Source of the DNA: Octopus sinensis
Taxonomy: Eukaryota
Assembly: GCF_006345805.1 (NCBI RefSeq)
Contig: NC_042999.1
Span: 90,830,001 to 90,894,000, forward strand
Reading direction: 5' to 3'
DNA length: 64,000 bases
Part shown: positions 52,336 to 64,000 of the stretch, piece by piece
How the letters are laid out: each line of letters opens with the position of its first letter
Position numbering within the stretch: the stretch's first letter is position 1
The notes under the pieces: model-generated
The model's input: only the letters and a program-made list of their open reading frames with translations
Database searches by the model: none
What the model was told of the DNA's origin: nothing
Program-made: the position numbers and the translations under genes

Positions 52336-52591
52336 ATAATTCATTTTTAAATGTCTTGCTTTGAAAAACTGCATTTGGGTATGATTAGTATAATTTTTGG
52401 TAGTAATGACTTTGTCCCTCCTAGTGTGAGGCATTTATGTGTAATAATGCCCTCTATACAATATATATAATTAATTTGTTCAAAAGAAAAAAATTATTTT
52501 CGGATTCTTTTCTTTTATGAGGTTTTCACGCTAGCTACCCGATAATTTCTTGTTAAGATCCCTTATTAAGAGATTATCCTTAATTGTTAAA

Positions 52592-52595
<4 letters not shown>

Positions 52596-52631
<36 letters not shown>

Positions 52632-52694
52632 ATATATATATATATATATATATTAATATATATATATATATATATGCATATATATATATATATA

Positions 52695-52727
<33 letters not shown>

Positions 52728-52850
52728 GCATATATATATATCTATATATATATGCATATATATATATATAATATACATATATATATATGCATATATAATA
52801 TATATATATATATATGCATATATATATCTATATATATATGCATATATATA

Positions 52851-52919
<69 letters not shown>

Positions 52920-53030
52920 TATATAATATATATTATATATATATATATAATATTATATATAATATATGCATATATATATATACATATATATATATGCATA
53001 TACATATATATATATGCATATACATATATA
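52596..53030. repeat. Long degenerate (TA)n/(TATGCA) microsatellite
   Basis: Direct inspection. Confidence 0.95.
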
Positions 53031-54190
53031 TATTCCTGCATGGACTGCAGGACTGCAGGATTTGTTTCTCTCTCTCTACTATATTTTCTCTTTTTAAAGA
53101 AAATATTTTTCCTGGTGTTCATTATTTTCCGCTCGTTCTGGTCTAAGGACTTTCCATGTTTGTTTTCGTTCGATTTCCTTCTATGTCTCCACTCTGCTGT
53201 TCCTGTTCACAACTTTGACCCTACATAAATACAAAATTTTATTTTAGATTTAATGGGAGGAACTGTTTTGAAGATTCATGCTGTTGTTGAATGCTCGAAA
53301 TGAAGAGTAGATAGAGAACCGACAACTGATGTAGGGTCGCTTCTCTATGTTTATTTTTTCCTGTTTTCCAGTTTTTGTCTCGTTAACTCGTTTGTCTAAG
53401 GATTTCATGTTGCTTACATAGTTGGTAACGCGCTGAACTCGCTGTACGGCAACAAAGACAAAAGCAAACAAGCAAACAAAAAAAACAGACAACATGGTAC
53501 AGAATTACGAATACAAACCACAAGAAATAACAGCAGGCGTCTTTCGACTGAAAACGATTCAAATTGAGCTGGCGTTTATGGAGTGAAAACCTAAAGTCAG
53601 GAACATGGGAGATGGACTGAAGACGTATTGACGGCGGCAGTTAGGCCAAAAAAAAGATCATGACTGACCGGACACCGGTCACGTGGAAAGAGGAGAAATG
53701 GGTAGGGGACATAGGGATTAAAGGATTAGATAAAATATCAGACAAAGGGAAAGGTGCAGGAGACATAAAAGAGTGGAAAATAGTGGGAGTTCTCTTCCTT
53801 TTTTTTCTTTCATTCCTCTCTTCCTGTTTCTATTTGAACATACTAATACACTCCCTATTCCTTGGTCGTTTTAAATACGAACCTTTAACTCTGCAACACT
53901 GTATATAAATTCCCTACTGGGAATGACCAAGTTTAGAAATCTGCTGGATCTCACTCATAAGGGAATCTTACATTGCTTATAAACTCTATATTTGGAAGGA
54001 CTCATATTAAACTCTGTTGGGTTTTTTGATTTTACTTAAAGGATATTGGAATATCGCATATATACCATAATGCCTATAAAATGCATCTACAACTTCAACA
54101 CCCATACATAACTTGCATCTATTTTCTTTCCTCCACCTCACTCTCTATTTTGTATCACATCTAAACTATGACGTAACTTTCCTCTCACAC

Positions 54191-54244
54191 CGACTCCGAT
54201 GAAGGGATATTATTAATTAATATCCTAGAAACAGCTGTAAGACC
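54191..54244 (+). ncRNA. Degenerate minimal type I hammerhead at a Penelope-like 3' terminus
   Basis: cgact-CCGATGA-agggatatt...aatatccta-GAAACAGCTGTA-agacc; U4 changed to C and stem I is weak. Confidence 0.55.
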
Positions 54245-54478
54245 TTCTATCTATAAAAGATCTAATATCTATACAACCTTGATTTTTCACCTTATTACGC
54301 AAACGATTTTTATATACACATGTTGACATAGAACCAACGTTGAACCCTTTATTCGCAATTTTACCGAATCTGGAACTTAACTATGGTCTGTCTATAGCAC
54401 TTATTCAGCATTACCTGACACCTTTGGGTCTCAATGACACGATTATCTCTTATAACCTCAACTACACACCCACACCCA

Positions 54479-54518
<40 letters not shown>

Positions 54519-55478
54519 TACATACATATATCTATATATGTATATGTATGTATGTATGTATATTGATATGTATATTTCTATCTTCTCTATAATTCTGAAT
54601 TATTTTTCATTATTTTTTCTAAAATCCCCTAGTAAACACGGTTATAGAGCGTGCATACCGAGGTAGGTATTGGCAAAAACACACCTTTAGTTCATATAAG
54701 TAATCTCTATCATTATATACAATTTAAACATTAATTTTCTTTTTATATTTAACAGGAGACGATGTTCTCCTGGTGCTACAAGCTACAGTAACACCCACCC
54801 TTAGTGGTTAGCCATATTCAGATGGCTAGCATACCTTACATTGTCGTGCAGTTACTGTTTACACCTCGTTCAGAGATTTATTATTGCTTATATATATTTT
54901 GCTAGTTCATAAGATTTTATTTAATATACATATAGTTATATACTTCTCATTTATTTAACTTTTCCTTAATTTATCACTCCTATTTCTGTAGGCTACCTCT
55001 GACGTTATATGATAACGTTTTTCAAACAATATTAATAGCGTCCAGTAAATCACTATACATATCCATCATTTTCTGTTAAAATGTCTTATTGACGAGTTTC
55101 ATTTATTCACTTCCCTGAAGAGAAGATTACATTGTTTTACACCATTTTATTCCTTTGGAATAATATCAGTGATATCTTCGAAACATGTGTCGGAAGTAAA
55201 AGTATTTGAATTACACCTGCGTTAAACTCCACGTATATATATATATATATATCAGAATTAAACAGCCGAAATCTGCGATGATGAATCGGTTTCTGACTGA
55301 AGAACGAAGGCTTTGAATGACCTGTCTGTCTCTTACGTTCGTCCCTTAGTGTATTTCACGTTATTTATATATGTAAAGGTTTATATTATTATATATATAT
55401 ATAAACAGTTTCACATTAATCTGATTGCTTACTGTATACTTTTGTAGAGTACAAATTTATTATTCTTAAACAAGAATG

Positions 55479-56014
55479 TTGTAGACAGTGACTTCGAACT
55501 TTCGGCCAGCTAAACTATCTTCGGACTTCGATGCGTTAGAGTTAGTCTTGTTTTTTATACAGTCTCTGTTGAGTTGAAATATTCCTTGGGTGTATGGGTT
55601 TGAGTGGGGTGGTAATTGGGTTTTTGTTTGATTGTTATGATGAGATGTTTTGGAGAAATTTTAATTGGTTTATTTTGAGTTTATATTATTATTTAGAATT
55701 TATTCATGTATGTAGAACTTTGTAAACAAAGTTCTACATATATGAATAATTCTAACTCTGTTTATAAAGAACTGCATAAAAGAATAAATCTAAATAATAA
55801 AGATAACTCCAAATTAAATCAATTAAACTTTCTCCAAAACATCTCTCCTTAGCAAACATAAAATATCTAATTATCACAACCAAGTTTATATTTATATCCC
55901 GCACAACCAAGTTATATTTTAACTCAACAGAGACTATATAATGGCAAGACTCACTCAATGCATTGAGTATAGTGACAGTTTATCTGGCCGAAAGTTCGAA
56001 GTCACTGTCTACAA
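55479..56014. repeat. ~535-bp nested foldback with a central near-perfect palindrome (55693-55755)
   Basis: tgtagacagtgacttcgaactttcggccag / ctggccgaaagttcgaagtcactgtctaca outer arms; centre tgtagaactttgt-aa-acaaagttctaca. Confidence 0.8.
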
Positions 56015-56174
56015 TAGTGATTCCAAACCTGGAGTTGGCGGACTTCTGTTGGTCCGCAAAGATACTACTGGGGATCCATGAACTCAATTCAAAACTTCAT
56101 ATATGTATATATATATGTATATAATATATATATATATATATATATTATATAATATATATATATATATATATACA

Positions 56175-56212
<38 letters not shown>

Positions 56213-56216
<4 letters not shown>

Positions 56217-57750
56217 ATACGCATATTAAAAGGGGTTCGTGGGAAGACTCGTTTAAATGGAACGGCTGGGAACCAATGTTGGGAACCACTGTGAAAAAGT
56301 AGTTGGGAACCAATGGTCTACAACATTCTTGCTTAAGAATTATAAATTCATCTATATAGATATCTGGATAGATAGGTATTTCTCGGTCTGTCTGTCTGTC
56401 TGTGCATGTATGTATGTATGTATGTATGTATGTATGTATGTACATACGTACGTACGTAAAAAGAGGTTTAAGGCAGCACAAGGATTACCATGCAGTCACT
56501 TATAATGGATCCAAAGGCCACAGAAATCCTGGCTTTGGATCGAGCTGGATGGCGAACAAAAGTGTGGAGTGGAGTGAAAGCGTTTGAGGTTGCAAGACTC
56601 AAGAAAGATTTAAAGAATGCTGCGATCGAGATGGTGACTCTCAGTGAACTTTTTGTGTACACAGTTTTTGACAGACCATTGCCTTTCTTTTGCTGGACTC
56701 AATTTTCATTTGCGGACCCATGAAAAACGATCATCCACCAAATATTCTGCTTATATATCTGTGCACACCTTTCAATGCCATGTATGCGATAAGGTCTGCA
56801 ATTCTAACAAGGCCTCAAAAGACATTTTAAGATATACAAAGGTCATAACTGCAGCTCATGGTGGACCAAATCGGATATGCAATCTTTGTGAGTGTCTTTT
56901 CAATTACATTGTCTGGTTTAAGAAGCCACATCAAACGCCACAATGATTATATATATATATTATATATATATATATATATATACAGTATATATATATATAT
57001 TATATATATATATGTATATATATATATGTATATATATATATAAGGATACGCATATTAAAAGGGGTTCGTGGGAAGACTCGTTTAAATGGAACGGCTGGGA
57101 ACCAATGTTGGGAACCACTGTGAAAAAGTAGTTGGGAACCAATGGTCTACAACATTCTTGCTTAAGAATTATAAATTCATCTATATAGATATCTGGATAG
57201 ATAGGTATTTCTCGGTCTGTCTGTCTGTCTGTGTATGTATGTATGTACATACGTACGTACGTAAAAAGAGGTTTAAGGCAGCACAAGGATTACCATGCAG
57301 TCACTTATAATGGATCCAAAGGCCACAGAAATCCTGGCTTTGGATCGAGCTGGATGGCGAACAAAAGTGTGGAGTGGAGTGAAAGCGTTTGAGGTTGCAA
57401 GACTCAAGAAAGATTTAAAGAATGCTGCGATCGAGATGGTGACTCTCAGTGAACTTTTTGTGTACACAGTTTTTGACAGACCATTGCCTTTCTTTTGCTG
57501 GACTCAATTCTCATTTGCGGACCCATGAAAAACGAACATCCACCAAATATTCTGCTTATATATCTGTGCACACCTTTCAATGCCATGCATGCGATAAGGT
57601 CTGCAATTCTAACAAGGCCTCAAAAGACATTTTAAGATATACAAAGGTCATAACTGCAGCTCATGGTGGACCAAATCGGATATGCAATCTTTGTGAGTGT
57701 CTTTTCAATTACATTGTCTGGTTTAAGAAGCCACATCAAACGCCACAATG
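56213..57750 (+). repeat. Tandem duplication (~805-830-bp unit) containing an RTE 3' end with C2H2 fingers, bounded by (TA)n
   Basis: ORFs 56490/57295 and 56644/57449 are near-identical; homologous to 2940-3440. Confidence 0.9.
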
Positions 57751-57755
57751 ATATA

Positions 57756-57793
<38 letters not shown>

Positions 57794-57828
57794 GAAGGTT
57801 TGAAAATGCAATTTTAAAAGATGTTTAT

Positions 57829-57873
57829 TTACTTTACCGGTTTCAATTTTTAGAAAAAGATTGTCAAAAGTAA
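57829..57873 (-). ncRNA. Degenerate minimal hammerhead motif in a Penelope-like terminal
   Basis: Minus: TTACTT-TTGACAA-tctttttctaaaaatt-GAAACCGGTA-AAGTAA; family related to 6290-6620. Confidence 0.5.
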
Positions 57874-58209
57874 CATGGAAAAGTTTGGTTGTGTTAATTA
57901 TTGGTTGTCACAAAACATTACAATACATATATACATTATTTCGTAACAAGAACATGCTAAGAACACTTTACAAGGGAAAATCTTGGGAAAATATAAAAAT
58001 GTTTAACAAGTTCATCAAATAATTGGGCACAAAAGCTTGGTAGTGCCAAGTACTGGTTGTCACAAAATATTACAATATACATATAAATTCTTTGATAATA
58101 AGAGCATGTCAAGAACAACGTACAAGGGGAAATCTTGGGAAAATATAAAAGAGTTTAACAAACCGACTTTCATATATATCCACTCGTGCGGTACCTTCAA
58201 CTCCAATTG

Positions 58210-58255
<46 letters not shown>

Positions 58256-58751
58256 CGTACGTATGTCTATGCTATTGAGAATATTGGAAAATCAATGTTT
58301 CGCAGTGGCTAGAAGCATCATCCAATGTAGGAGTCCTATATTTTAGGCGTCTTGTTAAATGAAGTTTGAAGATTGTATTTGTGTGAGTATTATTTTTGAA
58401 TTGTGTCTACGATTTAGTCTACTTCTAAAAGATATTTCTATGCTTATTTGTTCTGTTTTATTTTTTTGAATGTATTGGTTTCGTTGTATGAATGTGTGAG
58501 GGTGATTGTTATATTTATATGTAAAATTCAGTTTCAGTTAGTAGTTTCCTGAGTAGAAAGAGATACATATAATGAGAACAGAGGTTGTCTTAAATTTTGT
58601 TATTGAACGTGCTATTCATTAATGTTTGAAAAAAATTTTTTTGAGGTGTCATTTCAAGTTGGAGACAAAATTCAGTTTTGAAATTTAACGCTTTTAGCCA
58701 GATAAATTTTATTATGGACTAAATATCTAGAATTATAGATAAGAGTGGTGA

Positions 58752-59070
58752 AGCTGCATAGCTCAGTGGTTAGAGTGTCGGGCTCACAATCATGAGGTTG
58801 TGAGTTCGATTACCGTGCTTTTGAGCAAGGCACTTTATTTCACGTCGCTCCAGTTCACTCTGCCGTAAAAAGGAATTGCCATGTCCCTGGTGCCAAGCTG
58901 TATCGGCCTTTGCCTTTTCCTTGAATAACATCAATGGTGTGGGGAGGAGAGGCTGGTATGCATGGACGACGGCTGGTCTTCCATAAACAACCTTGCCCGG
59001 ACTTGTGCCTCTGAGGAGAATTTTCTAGGTGCAATGCTATTGTCAATCATGACGTAAGGGTTTCTTTAAC
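58752..59070 (+). mobile_element. tRNA-derived SINE
   Basis: Head gcatagctcagtggttagagtgtcgggctcacaatcatgaggttgtgagttcgat (A/B boxes), then ttgagcaaggcactttatttcacgtcgctccagttcactc. Confidence 0.8.
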
Positions 59071-59619
59071 ATTTTACCTTAGATGAGAGAGATAAAAGTA
59101 AAGGTTTAGAGTTTAGCAGTGTCACCGATTAAAGTAGAGCCTTTGAAGATAGTGGGAAGTATTCAATACTAGTGGTATATTCTCCACTTGATACAAATGA
59201 CGTAGCGCTCACAGCAGCTTTGAAGAGAAAAAGTTTCAATGTTTTAAGTTCCAATTGTCAATCATGATTACTAAATTTTTTTAGGGATTGTTGTCTGGGT
59301 GTCCTTTTTGTTGTCATGTTTGTGGTAGTACGTAGGAGGGTTAAAAGACAATAATGTAAATGACTAGAAAGTTCTGAGGATAATGGAACTCATTCTGCGA
59401 GCTATACCGATTTTATTGTTGATGCATGTATATGCATATATATGTATATGTGCATATGTATATGTATATATATATGCATATATATATATATATGTATATA
59501 TATCTATGTATATATGTATATAGGTATCTATGTATATATCGATGTATATATATGTATATATATATATATATGTGTGTGTGGATATGTATATATAGATGTA
59601 TATTTATGTATATATAGAT

Positions 59620-59935
59620 AGGTAAGGATCTTGGAAACCTTCCGCCTCTTACAACTTGTGCCATATGTCATATGTCAAAAAACTTGTAAGACAATATCGG
59701 GATTTAAAAGACACATGCTAGTTCTCTAAAACTCTTCCAGAATCATATTCCTAAGGGCAAAGATATAGAAGAAACTTGAATAATATCTGTCACATGTGTT
59801 ACAACTCCTGTCATTCAGTAGCTGGTCTTAAAAGTCATGTAAGAGCTCATCAACAGAGTGATTGTGCTGTGTTATGGGGTGTGGTGTGTGTGTTGATGGG
59901 ACGGCTATCATCTCTCAAGATGAAGCAATCATCAC
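59620..59935 (+). mobile_element. Decayed RTE-type 3' end with two C2H2 motifs
   Basis: CHICQKTCKTISGFKRH and CHMCYNSCHSVAGLKSHVRAH, followed by an RTE-like gggacggcta...catc tail. Confidence 0.6.
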
Positions 59936-60589
59936 ATACTTATATTTATATAAATATAGGATAGTGGTACAACAATACTGGAAATAGCTGTCGATAATAT
60001 ACGACGCTATAGTAAAGCTTCACTGAATATATATATATATACTGGCAAAGATGTTTCATCTTACCTGTGGGAAGACATTAAATAAATGTACAACCCAGAT
60101 GTGGATAATCTAGGACCTAGGTTTCGAACTTTCCAAATCACATTTGTTAACGTAAATTTAATTAGTTCTCTTCGGCTAGATTCACGTTGACAAAATTTCA
60201 AATGTCACTACATCAATGCCAAGATTGCTTGTCTGAACACCTAACTGTTAGCAGACCGAGAACAGTGAAAAAGTTTTCAAAGAAAAAAAAGTTTTAAATA
60301 GTGCAATTCAGTAGTATTGTTTCCCAGTAAAGCAAAGTATCATCAGTATAAATATAAATAAAAGATAGTAGTACAACAATACACCAATATTTACTGAAAA
60401 TAGCAGTTGATCATATACAACGTTATAGTAAATGTTCACTGTGTATATATACTGGCAAAGGTGTTTGTGGGCGGCGAACATAAAAAAAATATCATCTTAC
60501 TTGTAGGAAAAACATTGAATAAATCTACAACCCAGATGTAGATAATCTAAGACCTTGGTTTCGAACTTTCCAAATGATATATATATATA

Positions 60590-60820
60590 TAAAGGGAAAG
60601 TTTACAAAAATAAACAAAAGACGAAGGCAGTTGGAGTACAAACAAACAAATGTATTAGTATAGCGCTCAGGAATAGAAAAAATCTTTTACGTTTCGAGCC
60701 TACGCTCTTCTACAGAAAGATACACAGAAAAAAAACAAGGAAAGAAACAAGGAAAAATAAAGTGAAAACGAAAGGGACAATTTTTGCGAACAGTTCTAAA
60801 GTTTGTAGACGTCGTGGTGT
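60590..60820 (-). mobile_element. Penelope-like terminal repeat with hammerhead-like motif (60682-60721)
   Basis: Minus: ATCTTT-CTGTAGA-aGAGCgtagGCTC-GAAACGTA-AAAGAT; homologous to 33190 and 5062. Confidence 0.65.
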
Positions 60821-60830
60821 ATTTCAAGGA

Positions 60831-60864
<34 letters not shown>

Positions 60865-60879
60865 GTAGTTATATATACA

Positions 60880-61165
60880 TATATTTACTACACCCTCAAG
60901 CTGACCAAGGCCTTGTCACTGGATTTCGTACACGGAAACTGAAAAAGATTGTCGTATATAAGTGCATATGTATGTGTGTGTGTCTGTGTTTGTATCCCCA
61001 CCATCGCTTGATAACAAATCTTGCTCTGTTTACGACCCCGTAACTTAGCGGTTCGGCAAATGACAACGACTAAGCTTACAAAGAATAAATCCTGGGGTCG
61101 ATTCCTTCGACTAGAGACGGCACTCCAGTATGGCTGTAGTTACATGACTGAAACAAGTTTAATAA
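60880..61165 (+). mobile_element. Octopus-type SINE
   Basis: ccatcgcttgataac...ccccgtaacttagcggttcggcaaa...ctggggtcgatt...actgaaacaag. Confidence 0.75.
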
Positions 61166-61299
61166 CAAAGACTATGCCATTTTAATCCGAGCGATGCTGG
61201 GTATCTCTGCTAGTCTCCTATATCTGGCCTTAGATATGATGCTCCAGTTTATAAGAGCATTGTCTACGAATCTGTTTTAAGGATCTATATGAAATTGGA

Positions 61300-62050
61300 T
61301 AATGATATGTATGTATTTTTTTTTATTTCTTAACAATATTGTGCTATGTGTATTTTTCTGTAAATATAATTCCATTCATTCCAATGTAAGAATTTTATTG
61401 TTCCGTCCAGGTTAATTTTGCACACCAATTCTATTCTCCAGAGAACAATTATCGGAGGTTCTAAACTTACAAGATTTAAGAGGGATGTTTCTCATGTTAT
61501 TGTTCTTATTATCACTGACAATCGTCGATCGTATGCTGGAGATGCAATAATAACTAATTTTAATCGTGTATCTATTAAATATATTCTAATACTTATGTGT
61601 GAGAAGTGGGTATTTATAGGTTTCAGAAATCGTGTAGCAATATTTGCAGCCACATTCATACTGTAGGGAAGATTATTCCATAATATTTTTCTATGTCAGT
61701 GTTCGAACTTTCTAACACGACTTGAAATACGAGGCTGCCATTTTCAAAATTGCTTCATCAGAGGAAAGGATGGAATAGCACCTAGAGATGCTATTAAATA
61801 ATTGTTTGGTTAATAATGGTGGATAATTAGAACCTCCATCAATGTAGATGTCCTCATTTGGTTTACAGAGAGGTCTACTAAGATTCATATTAATGTCTAG
61901 GAAATTAGCTTCTTTAAGACTGCTGATAAAAGTATTATTCTGTATAAATTTGTGGCCTTTCTTATTATGTACTATACTTTGGAATGACGGTCTAGGAATG
62001 GTACATAATAACGCCTGTCAGCTTGTACTTCTATATTTCTTACTATGAAT
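61300..62050 (-). mobile_element. Decayed Penelope-like RT C-terminal/thumb region
   Basis: Minus: FLDINMNL...KPNEDIYIDGGSNYPPLLTKQLFNSISRCYSILSSDEAI resembles the Penelope FLD...SNHPP..KQIP.SI..R.S.LSS motif. Confidence 0.6.
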
Positions 62051-62240
62051 GAATATTGTATTTGTCTTGTTTATGTATCGCAATGTATCTCTAATTGTGT
62101 TTCTATGTCATTTGTGCCCGCGCGAGAAAGAGAAAGTAGGAAAGAGAGAGTGCCTGCGAGGGAGAGAAATGCAAATATCAAATAGCTGATGTCATCCATC
62201 TCTATTTTATACATCTATAAATTTATCTATACATACATTC

Positions 62241-62318
<78 letters not shown>

Positions 62319-62329
62319 ATAAATATGTA

Positions 62330-63062
62330 TGAATGCATATGTATATATATATATATATATGTATGATTATAAATACGTACACACACACACACACAGACAC
62401 TCACACAGACAGACAGACAGATAGACATACACACACTCACACACACGCGCGCGTGCGCGAAAAGATCTGCATTCCCTACGAAATACTCACAATGCTTGCA
62501 CGAAAAACATAGAATCATTGAAATTAGAACGCTGACAATATTTAATGAGACAGTGACATTGGACAGAGAAAACAACGGACAAAGGATAATTCTCTCTAAA
62601 AAGTAGATATATACCAATATCAGCTGCCTAGCCCAGCATCTGCGTAATTTCTGTACCCAAAAACCACTAAAACTCGATCTGACGGTGTCAACAGCAGCAA
62701 AAAACGAATCTTAACGCTTCATGGAAACGCAGACAGAATTGTGTTTAAAAAACTAAAAAAAACAACAATGAAAATAAGAAAAGAAAAGCAAAATAATAAA
62801 TAAAAGAAAAACGAAATGTTGCGTCTCTTTGATCAAAACCATACTAAAGAAATTTCTGCCTTCCTAAGGTTGAAAAAAAAAACTTTCGGGAAGTTTACTT
62901 TAATAGACACATTATGCATAAGTGAATAATGGTTTATGCACTCACGTACGCACGCACATGCACGCACATACACGCATTCACACACACACACAATTATGCA
63001 CACATACACACACTCGCGCGCGCAGGCACTGTGTCAGCGTATTCATTTGTGTGTGTGTTTGC

Positions 63063-63094
<32 letters not shown>

Positions 63095-63871
63095 TAAATA
63101 TATATATATATATATATAGATATATATATATATTATATATATAAATATGTATGAATGCATATGTATATATATATATATATGTTTGATTATAAATACGTAC
63201 ACACACACACACACAGACACTCACACAGACAGACAGACAGATAGACATACACACACTCACACACACGCGCGCGTGCGCGAAAAGATCTGCATTCCCTACG
63301 AAATACTCACAATGCTTGCACGAAAAACAATAGAATCATTGAAATTAGAACGCTGACAATATTTAATGAGACAGTGACATTGGACAGAGAAAACAACGGA
63401 CAAACGATAATTCTCTCTAAAAAGTAGATATATACCAATATCAGCTGCCTAGCCCAGCATCTGCGTAATTTCTGTACCCAAAAACCACTAAAACTCGATC
63501 TGACGGTGTCAACAGCAGCAAAAACGAATCTTAACGCTTCATGGAAACGCAGACAGAATTTGTGTTTAAAAAACTAAAAAAAACAACAATGAAAATAAGA
63601 AAAGAAAAGCAAAATAATAAATAAAAGAAAAACGAAATGTTGCGTCTCTTTGATCAAAACCATACTAAAGAAATTTCTGCCTTCCTAAGGTTGAAAAAAA
63701 AAAATTTCGGGAAGTTTACTTTAATAGACACATTATGCATAAATGAATAATGGTTTATGCACTCACGTACGCACGCACATACACGCATTCACACACACAC
63801 ACAATTATGCACACATACACACACTCGCGCGCGCAGGCACTGTGTCAGCGTATTTCATTTGTGTGTGTGTT

Positions 63872-63933
<62 letters not shown>

Positions 63934-63970
63934 ATATTAAATATATATATATTATATATATATTATATAT
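62330..63970 (+). repeat. Tandem duplication, 820-bp period, bounded by (TA)n
   Basis: aaagatctgcattccctacg at 62461 and 63281; copies differ by a few indels. Confidence 0.9.
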
Positions 63971-64000
63971 ATTTATATTTAAATATATATATATAATATA

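Larger units (their letters stand above)
50688..52596. mobile_element. Retrozyme-like array: ~2.6 direct copies of a ~477-bp monomer followed by ~1.4 inverted copies, each complete copy with a type I hammerhead
   Basis: Monomer starts ttgtatagagggc at 50688, 51169 and 51646; orientation switches at ~51919; both ends abut (TA)n. Confidence 0.85.

Noticed and set aside
50688-52596. CRISPR-like or satellite interpretation of the repeat array
   Set aside because: Eukaryotic context, no short repeat-spacer structure; the monomer is ~477 bp with an embedded ribozyme fold

Overview
This 64-kb window is AT-rich, microsatellite-dense eukaryotic DNA. It is most likely octopus (coleoid cephalopod), inferred from recognisable octopus-type tRNA-derived SINEs and RTE/Penelope families. 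No host protein-coding gene can be supported, and most long ORFs in the track are microsatellite translations. The window consists of decayed mobile elements (SINEs, RTE-1-like and RTE-BovB-like LINEs, Tx1-like LINEs, Penelope-like elements, mariner/Tc1 remnants, foldback MITEs, a tandem Helentron/HINE-like pair), a tRNA-Gly pseudogene and several short tandem duplications. The standout is at 50.7-52.6 kb: a tandem-plus-inverted array of a ~477-bp monomer, each complete copy carrying a type I hammerhead ribozyme fold. This is the architecture of a non-LTR retrozyme, predicted to yield ~477-nt self-cleaved and possibly circular RNAs. It sits in a local cluster of other hammerhead motifs, including one with a fully intact core at 49669-49728. 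A tRNA-headed SINE-like element with a hammerhead tail lies at 44.3-44.6 kb, and an RTE family whose C-terminus carries three C2H2 zinc fingers recurs. All folds were derived by eye and no database searches were run.
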